Shown in pieces: positions 53,297-64,000 of a stretch of DNA of 64,000 nucleotides. Each line of letters opens with the position of its first letter. Within the stretch, counting starts at the first letter, position 1. The DNA is from Lama guanicoe. Lineage: Eukaryota. A program made the position numbers and the translations under genes. A model generated the notes under the pieces. That model ran no database searches, had not been told where the DNA came from, and saw only the letters and a list, made by a program, of their open reading frames with translations. The stretch spans positions 19,994,897-20,058,896 of the forward strand of contig MU054187.1 of the NCBI GenBank assembly GCA_013239625.1. The letters are read 5' to 3'.

Positions 53297-53451
53297 TACT
53301 TATTTATTATTTTTTAAGATTTTTTTTGGGGGTGGAGGTAACTAGGTTTATTTATTTATTGTTATTTATCTAATGATGGTACTGGGGATTGAACCCAGGA
53401 CCTCGTGCATCCTAAGCACACGCTCTACCACTGAGCAATACCATCCCCCCT
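53297..53451 (-). mobile_element. tRNA-Ala-derived SINE (camelid Vic-1 type)
   Basis: ggggattgaacccaggacctcgtgcatcctaagcacacgctctaccactgagc; imperfect TSD taaatcattgtacatttt/taagtcattgttcatttt. Confidence 0.9.
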
Positions 53452-54124
53452 TAAGTCATTGTTCATTTTACATAAACAAATGAGATTTGCAAGGATTTTC
53501 TATATGAATAAATCAGTACAATTCTGAATACTGCGACTACTCCGTCGCCCTCATTGGGTAGGGGTTTTTGGCAGTCAGCTTATCTCACTTGCCTGCCTGC
53601 CATGCGGGTTTTTTCAAATCGTATGCACAGCAAAGCTACAAATAACTCATGGCATAGATATTCAAAGCCACTCTGCTGTTGCCAAACCTCTACTACAGTT
53701 ATCCACCTTAGGGCTTCAATTTAGTTGCTTATGTTTTTCAGCCTTGCTGTTAACTTAATCTTTGAGGAATCACCCCGCAACACCTATGGTTGCCACGTGA
53801 ATTTCTTAAACAGCCATAGGGGAGAAGTGCTGGAGAAGCCATGTGGTCATTATGTCCCAGTGGTTCCAAAACTGGGGTTTCATATACAAGTGAACGTTAC
53901 TAAGTTTTACTTCTATTTATTTTACTTACTAATTTACCAATGTTTTATTTATAATGATTGCTTCTATATTTGTTAGTAAAATTGATGCTCTCCTCTTCTA
54001 TGTCTTTATTAACTATGATAATTTAATCATGATAGTGTAAAGAATAAAGATGAAATGAGAAGTTCAAAGGGCCTGTGATCTCTCTGTAGATACTGTCATC
54101 CACCCCGCATCCTTGCTGGCCACT

Positions 54125-54518
54125 AGTCCGCCATAGTAGACATGAGCTGTACCTCCAAGACCCCACTTCGAGGAAGAACTCACTACTCGGCCTCTGTCAG
54201 CTCCCTCGTGGCCTCCATCAGAAGCAGAGAGCAGCCTCACCAAGGTCATGCCTTTTCCAGAGAAATCCACATCTGATGACTGAGTGTGGCAGGGCTGTAA
54301 CTACCAGCTTGATGCAGGACCCTTGTGATGTTAGTACTTGCTCCCCAAATCCCTTCTTGTTAGGCCAAAGGTGTGTCAGCCTTGCATCATGGTTTGACTT
54401 CTTTCTCTTCCAAGCCTTTTTTAACCTCCCATCTATTACAGGTATTGGCCTCTAATAAATGCTTTGTGCTTCAAAGTCTTATCTCAGCATCTGCCTCAGG
54501 AAAACCCAAACTATGACA
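54125..54518 (+). mobile_element. ERVL solo LTR (LTR16-like)
   Basis: 3' end ctaataaa...tctcagcatctgcctcaggaaaacccaaactatgaca; internal agcagagagcagcctcaccaaggtcatgcc. Confidence 0.75.
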
Positions 54519-55914
54519 TCTACCCTGGTATCATTTACCTTGTTGTACCTGTTTGTTCATGGCTCGTGCAATGAGCAGCCCATTGTAATGTAGAGAGGGA
54601 AGAAACATGGTTAGAAGGTCTCCTTTGGTCTTCCTCTCTACTCAAGACTGTCATTTCCCTCCAACAAAGGTAGATAGGTAGGTAGGTAGATAGATAGACA
54701 GGAAGTCTCTTAAAATTTTATTTTAGTTTCTCAGATCCAAAAATGTCCTTGTTGATTTTCTCACTTCACTAGAGTTGAGTTTCGGAGAGAACTGACGGTC
54801 TGCTTTAATTAAATTTCTTGTCAAGAAACTATCTGGGGGTTGTTGAAACATGATTGAGGGTTGTCAATCTTTCAGTGGTTATTAGATAGCCATAGACCTT
54901 CATGTTTTGTGTGTCGATCATAAAAATCATAAGGACTTTTCAGGTCATGGTATAGAGATCATTTTATTTTTAAATTTTAGCTTGTAAGATTGTGTTGAAT
55001 GAAAGTATTACACCGTTTATCCCCATCAGAAAGGTAACCTTAATGGTTTATTTGTCTAAAAAAGCAGGTTTAGTAGAGAATCTGCTTCCTAGCAATTAAA
55101 ATTTAATTGGATAATTTAAACTAAACCCATTTGAGGTTGACATTTTGTGTTTCCTTGTCATTCTTATCAATGAAATCCTGCCATAATAGCAAAATACGAC
55201 ATCAAATGTATAATTGTAAGGCTGAAAAATAGATACTTCATAAAATTAAAGGTGCTCTCTTTAAGAATATACTCTTTAGTAAAGCTCTAAGTGCATCCTT
55301 AACCTCAGTCCACCACTCTGAATTTTCAGTGTCAAATGTGCAATTATTTGATAAATGTGCTATGAAAGGAAACTAAAACCCCGAGTAAAACTTAGCAATC
55401 CCCATGGCTTAGCAGTGAGGAAACCATCATAGCCTTGCCCCATAGACATTTCTGTGAGTAAATATCATAGCGCCAACTCCGGGGAACAAGGCTGAGAAAA
55501 AACACCAGGCGTTCCATTTAAATGAGATGGGCATGCCAGTTTATTATTAAGAATCATTTGAATGCACTGAACTAGGTCTCTGCCTTGCTGATTATTCCAA
55601 TTAAGCAAACATGCCATTTAGCAGAGTAATGAATAAGTGGAACTCTCTTAATTGGGGCACTAGATTTCTTCGTCCATTCTGCTCAGCAACTTGTACTGTA
55701 GAAGTTTATCTTCTTCTTTTACTCCGCAGTTTCCCCAGTATGAATCCTTGGACCTCAATAATTGCTTGTTTGGAAGTGATATCTTTATTTTCATAGTGCC
55801 AGTTTCAATTTGACCACTGAGAATACATAGTTGAACAGTTCTGAACAGGGACCCATTCTCAAAGGTCTTCAGTACCACTAGGTAAGCCAGTATCTGGGAG
55901 CTTATTTCAAATTT

Positions 55915-56080
55915 CACATACATACACCTGTACAGAAAATGTTAACCGTGGTTATATATCTGGGTGATGGCATTATAGATGATTTCCTTTTTCCTTTCGT
56001 GAGTCTTTGCATTTAAAACAATGAACATGTAGCACTCTTATAATACGAAAAGAATTATAAATATGATTTTTTAAAAAATG
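55915..56080 (+). mobile_element. Old L1 (L1MC/ME) 3' tip
   Basis: aaaatgttaaccgtggttat...tctgggtgatggcattatagatgattt...acaatgaacatgta. Confidence 0.7.
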
Positions 56081-56450
56081 CATTTTCTTTCATTGGCACA
56101 GTTAAACAGGAGCAATGAAAAGGAAGATGTTAGCATCAGGAACTGAAAGTATAATTACTTAAAAGAAATTGTGCAGAATGGAAAGCAAAATAACTCGATT
56201 TCCTTCTTCCGTAAAATGTTTAGCTATCATTAGTACTGACTTTTTGTTTTCTTCCACATTTCCCTCAGCAGAAGTGCCTGTTAGCCATCTGTTTCCCTTA
56301 TAATAAACATAGACAAAAGACATGGAAAAATCTTACAGTTAAAAGAAACCTTAAATCTCAGCAATTCTCACAGTTTCATCTTACAGATAATGGTACATGA
56401 GCTCCAAGAATTCGTGTTGTCACGGCGGGGTTGTCTCCTGATTTGTAGGC

Positions 56451-56634
56451 AGGTTAATGTGACCATAGTGAGTTTTATGGCTTAATTTTTGGAAATCTGG
56501 AACTCTGGATACAGCGGTACTATTTTTGTAATATGACACTACTGCCTTGACAGGGTTAATGTGACCTCTCCATTCATTTCTTGGCTGAAACTCTCGTTCT
56601 GTTCTTATCCTTTCCGGAGGTCACATGCTGACCC
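56451..56634. promoter_or_regulatory. Cluster of nuclear-receptor inverted-repeat motifs (ERE-like)
   Basis: ggttaatgtgacc at 56452-56464 and 56554-56566; aggtca-n5-tgaccc at 56618-56634. Confidence 0.4.
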
Positions 56635-58879
56635 AGGAGAAATACTTGAAAATACTTCTCTAACCAGGGGTTAAAATCAGACGACTTTTTCCTCTCATTC
56701 AAACCTGTGACAAAGAGGCTGTCCACTTCATTTTATCATCTTTAGTGAAATGATCTTTTTTTTTTCCCGGTAGCTCAATAGGAAAAATAATATGACGTTG
56801 AGGGATGAAATATGAGTCTGAAGCTGTAGAAGTAACAGCGGAATGAGTGAGAAGAATTAAGTGTCATTTATCCTGGGTTCTGTGCCGCTGCAGAAACCCA
56901 GCTCAGCACACGCAGCTGTTTATGCTCACTTCGCCTTGTAATTTTTCCAGTGGCACTTCCCTTAAAAAGTGTCATCGACTATTATGATCATCTATCTTAT
57001 GTAAAAGGAGAGTGCTGTTTAATTTGAACAAAGTTACTCCTCATAACTGTCTCCTCACCAGAGCAAAATGAAGTAAAGGGAAGTTTTGTGTTCTTGTAAC
57101 TCTAATCTTAGCTGCAGTTTTACTGGCTACACCTCCTTCCCTCACTAGCCTGGTGGTCCCAGCAGGCGTAGACACAGATTTCACCAGTCTTTGTTTGTAT
57201 TAATCCATCAGAATTCACCTGGTATGAAAAAGCAGGCTAGCTCTGTGGCATTTTTTGTTTTGTGGGGGTTTTTGGAGCTTTTTGTTTTTTGGGTTTTTTT
57301 TGTCTCAAGTGGCAGAAGTTATGTCCTGAGTTTATCCATCAGGAAGAACAAAAGGAAACAAGTCACTATTAACATCTCCAAGCCAAGGGATCTACATTCT
57401 CTTTTTCCCCAGGTTTACTGGGCTTTGCTGCAAGGTGGTGGCCAGCAAGCTGTTTTCAGTTGAAGTTCATTATGCCAGATGTTGAGACACTCGGGGGTCC
57501 TTAATAATAGTTCCCTTCTCTACTGAGATCTTGAAGTAATTGAGAGATATGATGGAAAGTTTAGCACACGGAGGCCAAAATATCACCTTTATTTTAGAAA
57601 AGGTTTGTGTCTATGGGCCATACTGAACCCAAGAAGTAGCAGCCTTAGCTATTGGGCTGGACTGGGGCAGGCCTCTCCCTGGTCCTTCTGGGAGGCTCTT
57701 TCCAAATTGGTGGCTTGGAGGAGCAGTTTGGGATGTTTCTCAAAGGCAGTTCACTGCCGAGAAGGCCAGAAGCAAGCTCTGCCCTATAGATGTGCACTTC
57801 TTTCAAATTCATAATTAGGGGAGAAGTGAGAGAGCGAGCTGAGATCGACCGCGGGTGTTATAGCCAGTGAGCTTCCTCCCCATGGAGAGAAATACTAGAA
57901 ATGGGGCGTTTTCCACATCACCCCCACGTGTTAAAATAATTCAGAAGTAGGATATGCTATTTTTAAAAGAAAGACTTCACATTTTATCTAACATTATTCA
58001 TATTGTGCCTTTTAATATAGATCTAGCATTTATCCTCCATTGTGTCTTATTTTCTTAAATGAGAGCATGACTGAAGACACGTAGAGGGGAAACACCTTCT
58101 TTTCCCTTGACTGCCTGCCAAGGAGAGCAGTTTGTGCCAGTTGGCAACCACATCTTATATGTCATTGTTCCCTGCTGTAAAGAATTAGGGGACATTCTGA
58201 TCATATCCAGAGTTGCAGCAGACGTCTGAATCTGATTTATTTATCTTCTTGGGAACCACAGATGGTCAAGTCTCTCTTTCATTGCCTTTGGGATCCATCC
58301 ATTTCCTGAGCTGATGGAACTAACTAGCTTGTTTCTTCTGGTACACCTGTCCCCATTGACAGAAAAGATTGCTGCTTCGCCATCAGCATTCTTTTTAGGG
58401 TCTTGTGGCAGATGTTTGTCTGTACTACCTGCCCAAGGTTCAACTATTGGGGGAAAAAAGACCTGGACCATATTTTTTATTATAATGGATAACCTCATTT
58501 ATATGAAACGGTAAACTTTTCCCATTAACTTTTTCTTCATGTAAGTTTTTATCTTACTGTTGAATCATAATTAATTGCAGTGTTTGCTGTTCAAATACAG
58601 TACGATATTGGAGATTTCATATGGTTCAACCTATCATTTATCTGAGTTCATTCAAAATCCATAATCTATTATCTACAAGTGCTAAAGAACCTTAAATGTT
58701 TTTTGTATGCACAGCAGAATTAAATACACGTGTAACATTTAAGATATGCACATTTTATATGTTACATAGATGTGTGTACATGCAGCATTTCAAGTTTTGT
58801 AGAGTATGTGGATAGCATATCCTGAATTCATAGAATAAGTGTCCCTTGTAAATTAAAAAGAAGTTTATAACTTAGAGGT

Positions 58880-59065
58880 TAGTTGCAATGTGGAATCTGA
58901 AACCGTATTATAGAACTTTCATGCTTGGTATATGCATTAAAGAATGATGGTTTAAAAGGCAAATAATGTCTTAGTATTATTGTGAAAATAGCTTTGAATT
59001 TCAGTCTTCCTGGAAAAGTCTGGTGATCTCCCAGAAGTCCCTGGACTGCACTTTGAGAACCCTGA
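58880..59065 (-). mobile_element. hAT-Charlie DNA transposon end
   Basis: aggcaaataatgtcttagtattattgtgaaaatag...cctggactgcactttgagaaccctg. Confidence 0.75.
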
Positions 59066-59102
59066 CTAAAATATTCCCCTGTAGAAGAACATAAGAGGGA
59101 GA

Positions 59103-59143
59103 GTATGTGTGTGTATGTGTGTATGTGTATGTGTGTGTGTTTA

Positions 59144-59174
<31 letters not shown>

Positions 59175-59263
59175 GTATGTGTGTATGCGTGTGTGTATGT
59201 GTGTGTATGTGTGTATATGTGTGTGTATGCGTGTGTGTATGTGTGTGTGTGTGTGTGTGTGTG
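59103..59263. repeat. Compound (TG)n/(TGTA) microsatellite
   Basis: Directly visible; source of the His-Thr and Cys-Val repeat ORFs. Confidence 0.97.
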
Positions 59264-60839
59264 ATGGGGCAGTATTCTCTATAGGGTGGTACTTCCCTAA
59301 GGAAGTAAACCTTGAACCCATGGCTAAAAATGACGAGCGGCCAGCATATGGCCACCTGGGAGAAGGACCTTCTCTTCAAGTAGCCGGTGCAGGCGCTTTT
59401 AGCAGAAAGGAGCTGGGAGCCCGTCTACTGACTAATTCAGATAACTCCATACTCTTTTTGGAGAAAGGTACATGTGTAAGTTTCAGCCACTGAAAATGAC
59501 AGTTTCAATTTAACAAAAGGCTTGACAGAATGAGGAAAGTGACTCTCTTTTAGAAGGATGCACTGATTTTGTCACATTGTTGCTTTACTAATAGCCATTC
59601 TCTTCTTACTTGCGGAGTCTAGAGGATGTCCCATGCCTTCTTTTTCTACCAACTTTGAGGACTTAAATTGCAGGGTGTATTCATAGCCATTTTGTCTCAC
59701 TTAATGAAATAAAATAGTTAATAAAGATATATAGTAATTAAACAGCTAAAGTATATGCCATTTTCTTTATTTGATTTATGAATATGGGAAAACCGTAATT
59801 TTTTAGAATTAGCTGTATGTGAAAGATTTAAATCTGCCTATTTATTTCAAATAAGTTTCACATACAATTATGTATACTTGTTTCTTTTATGAAATTCTTA
59901 TGTAGATCTTTCATTTATTATTGAAATAAGTGGATGATGAATGTGACTTTTATGTCAAATTTTATAAAGCAGAATTTATGCATATCCTATATCCCAGAAC
60001 ATGTCTAACAATATTTGTGGAAGCATTACACATTCTGTATTCATGTTCCTCTTAAATTTATTTGTTTTTCCCTATTTTTGGAAATTTTTTAATAAGAACA
60101 TTTATTAATGATCCCATTTAAAAAAATCTCCAAAAAGATGTGTATTTAGGTATACTTGGTATTACAATTTGTCAATTTTTAATTTAACATAACAAATGAG
60201 GTTAAGAGTTTCCTCAGCTTCTCTTTTTAATCTACTTCAATATATGTTGGTCTGTCCTATTAGGGAAGGGTCCTAAACGGTCATATATCTAAATGTCATC
60301 ATTCATTGCTACCATCTCATTCAAGTGCAGCTTTCTGTCCTTGGTATCTGTCCAAGGGAACATCTCAGGAACTTGTTATGTCTTACTTAGGCTGTAAGCA
60401 TCTGATTAACTGCCTTCCCTAAAAAATCACCAAGTTAACTCCTCTGCCCAACAGTGACTGTGACAATTGGGAATGTTGTATGGGAGAACTGGAAAGGATA
60501 TACAAACCCTATCGAAGTGTAAAAATGGTACCTTTTAAGGCTTTTGTTTCAAATATGATTCTTTCTGGTTTTGCTTCTTATGATTCGTTTCTATCTTTTC
60601 TGAATCATTCCAAAGTCCTGGTATAGGAAGGGCAATCCAGACACCATCTCCCTTGGGCAGAGTTCTTGAATCCTCTTTTGTGCTTTCCTTAACGTTGTTT
60701 TTCACAATCAGATAAAGTTCTGCTGAATGATACTTCTTTCAAAGCACCATCATGGCACCTTTTGCTTGCTTGTATCGTCATGAAGATCACACTGTGCTTT
60801 GTGTTTGACCTATTTGTGGACAGTGTGCTGCTGAGCTCC

Positions 60840-61040
60840 TGGGGTGGGGATAGAGGAAAATGTCCCCGTCCTGGATTTAGACGGTTTTGACGTTGGGAAT
60901 CTTTGGTAACCTCTTTGATCTTTAGTTTCTTCAGTGGTAAAAGAGGGTAAGTATATATTTTGTGGTTTGTTTGATAATTATGTGAGATTTTGTTTGTAAA
61001 GCATATAAAGCATATTGAATGCTCTGGAAATGTTTAGTCC
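60840..61040 (+). mobile_element. MIR SINE
   Basis: aacctctttgatctttagtttcttcagtggtaaaagaggg...tgtaaagc. Confidence 0.7.
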
Positions 61041-61199
61041 ATTTGCCATCCTCTCTTTGCCTGGGGGTCAGGATTATGTTTTTCTCACCGTTTGATCTCA
61101 TAAAGTGCCATGCTTTATTTTGGGGGTTTCTGGAATAAGATTTAAATTCTGCTGCTTTTTAGGTTTTGGAAGCATTGTTTTTATTATTATCAGAGCTCT

Positions 61200-61610
61200 T
61201 ATCAGAGAAGCATTGGATTCAAAATATTGCAGTGAATGAATAAGTCATCTAGGGGAAGAGAGAGGGAAACATGTAAGGTCCTGGAGGGAAGTTCTTCAGC
61301 CCTGAAGGTAAGAACAATTACGCCACATCTTAGAGACTTCACCAGAGTTATGATAGTTGGAGAAAAAAGGAGGAGGTAGGAAAATAGACATAACTTGAGC
61401 ACAGATGATCTTTCCGGACATAATGAGGATTTAAGGTTTGATCCTCAGGGATACGAAAAGATATCGAAGTATTTTAATCATCTGTGTAATATAATCAGAT
61501 TTATATATTTGTAATAATCTTTTAGTTATCAATTAGAAAAAAAAGTGGGTGATAAGTAAGAGGGACAACAGAGAGATCAAATGAGGATGCCATGGTACTA
61601 GGGCAGGGAC
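61200..61610 (-). mobile_element. L2 relic
   Basis: agagggaaacatgtaaggtcctggagg...aaggtttgatcctcaggg...aatcagattt. Confidence 0.65.
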
Positions 61611-62343
61611 ATTGTATGTGTGTGTGTGTATATATATATATATATAAACACATAAATACACATATATAAAAGCATGAATACATGTTTATAAATATAAGCA
61701 TAAACTATCTTAAATAACTTCAATTTTAACTTCTTCTGAGTGATGCTATAAGAGATTATTTAATTTATCATTACATTTTGTTTTTTCTACAATAATTAGC
61801 TATTCATATATGCGATGATGTAATATTATTTATACAATTTTATTTCACTTCATGAACACCTATCCTAATCTAGCGTTGTTTTTTGACAATTACATAGTCT
61901 CTTTTCATTTAGATGTACACTATTTTATTTAATCCTTTCATGCACTTTTTATTTTTGACAATTTTTGCTAATTTCAAAAGTTCCCTCTTTCCTTTTGGTG
62001 TTTCCAGTGCTCTTCTTTCCCCTCGCTCTCTCATGTTCTTTCTCAAGCTACATTTCTTTCCCTTAGCTCACTTTGAATAAGACTACATTTATTAACATTT
62101 GTGAACTTTTATTTTGGTTTGACTTGTTTTTCTGGGATGGATTCTGCTCTCTGTTCAGTGATACAGTGCTCAAGGACTCTTCTCAGATGTACTTTACTCT
62201 GCTGCAGTTGAGTGCCTGTCGGTCTGCTCCTTCCATCCAATCTTCAGTAGTAAATAAAACTGTAATTACAGCAAACACTGCTACAAGCGTTATCTGTTTC
62301 ACTCAGCACCTGAATAAGCTTTACTGTTTGGAGAATACACAAG

Positions 62344-62490
62344 CAGTTCCCAACCAGGACTGGCCACCAGCACATTTATTTTCCTAACATATATTCTTGG
62401 ACCCTACCTAGCTGTTTCTCATTCAGTGGTTCTGGATGGGACCTGGACATATGTATTTTTAACAGTCTTTGCAAATGATGCCTTTACAAA
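62344..62490. mobile_element. MER5-like MITE
   Basis: cattcagtggttctggatgggacctggacatatgtatttttaacag. Confidence 0.65.
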
Positions 62491-62584
62491 CCAGATTTAT
62501 TTATCGTGTGTTAGACATTGTCCTAAGCACTTTAGATACTATTTAATTCTCATATCGCTATGATTACTGCTCTTACAACAGTTA

Positions 62585-63445
62585 CAGGCATGCCTTGTTC
62601 TAGTGTGCTTCACTTTATTTATTTTTTAATTGAAGTACAGTCAGTTACAATGTGTATTTCTGGTGTATAGCACACTGTCCTAGTCATACATATACACACA
62701 TATATTTGTTTTCATATTCTTTTTCATTAAAGGTTATTATAATAAGCTGTGGTGTATTTATACAATGGAATACTACTTGTCCATAAAAAAGAATAAAATC
62801 ATGCCATTTGCAGCAACAAGGATGGACCTGGAGACCATCATTGTAAGTGAGGTAAGCCAGAGAGAGAAAGAAAAATACCATATGATATCACTTAAGTGTA
62901 GAATTTAAAAAAAAGAAAAAAGAAAAGGACACTAATGAACTCATCTACAAAACAGAAACAGACTCCCAGACACTTTAGTGAACTTCACAGATAATTGCAT
63001 TTTGCTTTGTTTTTTCTTTTAACAAATTGAAGTTTTGCGGCAACCCTGTTTCAAGCAAGTCTATCTGTGCCATTTTCCAAAGCATTTATTCACTTCATGT
63101 TTCTGTGTCACACTTTGTGATTCTCACAATATTTTGAATTTTTCATTATTATTATATTTATTAACAGTGATCTGTGATCAGTGATCTTTGATGTTACTAT
63201 TATGACTTGTTGGAAGCTCAGATGATGGTTAGCATTTTTTAGCAATATTTTAAAATTAAGGAATGTACATTTGTTTAGACATAACGCTATTGTACACTTA
63301 ATAGGCTAGAATATCATGTAAACGTAAGTTTTGTACACTGGGTAGACAAAAAAATCTGTGTGACTTACTTGATCGTGATAATTGCTAATTATTGATAATT
63401 GCAGTGATATGGAACCAAACATGCAATAGTTCCTAAGTCTGCCTG
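62585..63445 (+). mobile_element. Internally deleted Tigger1 derivative
   Basis: ta|caggcatgcct start; acaaattgaagttttgcggcaaccctg...agcaagtctat inside; ends ggaaccaaacatgcaatagttcctaagtctgcctg. Confidence 0.9.
62617..62970 (-). mobile_element. 5'-inverted (twin-primed) L1 insertion
   Basis: Antisense L1 3' tip (62617-62740) joined to a sense upstream L1 piece (62741-62970); flanked by cacttt at 62611-62616 and 62971-62976. Confidence 0.85.
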
Positions 63446-63885
63446 GACTCCCTGTTTCCCAGGAGGATGGACTGAGCTATTACTTTCACACAGCGCTCAG
63501 TGGTGGGGCTGGGCTCCACACCTAGACAGGCTGATTCCAGATTGTAGGCCATTAACCAGTATGAAATCTACCTCCAGGAATGTACCTTTCAGTGTGCAGT
63601 GAGCTACTGAGAGTTTTTTCATAATATTTGGGCAGATGTGATCTGGATTTTATGATTTTACATAGAAAACATTGATGGTGAAAATTATTAGGGAGAGCAG
63701 GAAGGTAGGTTGACTTGGTGGAAATAATGTGCTATCATAACCATAAAGAGCTTCTGAGGGATTTATAAAGGGAGCTGCTCTGTTTTCTTATGTGTCCATC
63801 CATCCTTGAATTAGGGGCCATGTGGTGAGGAAGATGCAAAGCATCTTCTTATCCTTTTCTGTTTCTGTTTCACAGTGTAAGATCC

Positions 63886-64000
63886 ACTCTATGGCATGAA
63901 CTATGTCCCTTACAAATTCATTTGTTGAAGTCCTAACGCCTCCCCTGGCCCAGTGTGATGCTGTTTGGAGGGGGGTCTTTGTGAAATGACGCAGTCATGA
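63886..64000 (+). mobile_element. MaLR LTR 5' end (MLT1A/B-like), runs off the window
   Basis: ctatggcatgaactatgtccct..caaattcatttgttgaagtcctaac...gtttggagggggg. Confidence 0.8.

Larger units (their letters stand above)
62495..63545 (-). mobile_element. MIR split by the Tigger insertion
   Basis: gacattgtcctaagcacttt...tttaattctc on the left; cacacagcgctcagtggtggggctggg...ctgattccag on the right. Confidence 0.6.

Noticed and set aside
57830..57930. Possible CpG island or promoter
   Set aside because: Only a few CpGs over ~100 bp; too short and sparse for an island.
58879..59493. His/Thr-rich and Cys/Val-rich ORFs (166, 106 and 128 aa)
   Set aside because: They are translations of the (TG)n microsatellite.
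62599..62985. tagtgtgcttcac / tagtgaacttcac as a long TSD of the L1
   Set aside because: From memory, the Tigger1 5' end itself contains this short repeat twice; only cacttt(a) is attributable to the L1 insertion.
1..64000. Supplied ORFs as protein-coding genes
   Set aside because: All are short (up to 166 aa) with no recognisable domain; many use non-ATG starts or lie in repeats or low-complexity DNA.

Overview
AT-rich, CpG-depleted mammalian genomic DNA, intergenic or deep-intronic. It is very probably camelid: two tRNA-Ala-derived Vic-1-type SINEs and several young L1 3' ends resemble camelid L1 as I recall it. Much of the window is recognisable transposon relics (L1, L2, MIR, MaLR/ERVL LTRs, hAT and Tigger). 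I recognise no protein-coding gene; the supplied ORFs are chance frames in repeats, microsatellites or AT-rich DNA. I found no convincing new biological system. The most interesting observations are: an ~820-bp TSD-flanked, poly(A)-tailed non-L1 insertion carrying old repeats and an exon-like cassette (44221-45038); a template-switch duplication (5645-5974); a 110-bp retrocopy of an RNA 3' end (16481-16590); an unassigned solo LTR (14293-14672); a 24-bp AT-rich inverted repeat; a cluster of ERE-like palindromes (56451-56634); two identical RFX X-boxes; and weak minus-strand exon candidates. Repeat family names come from remembered consensus motifs, not from a search, and boundaries of old repeats are approximate.
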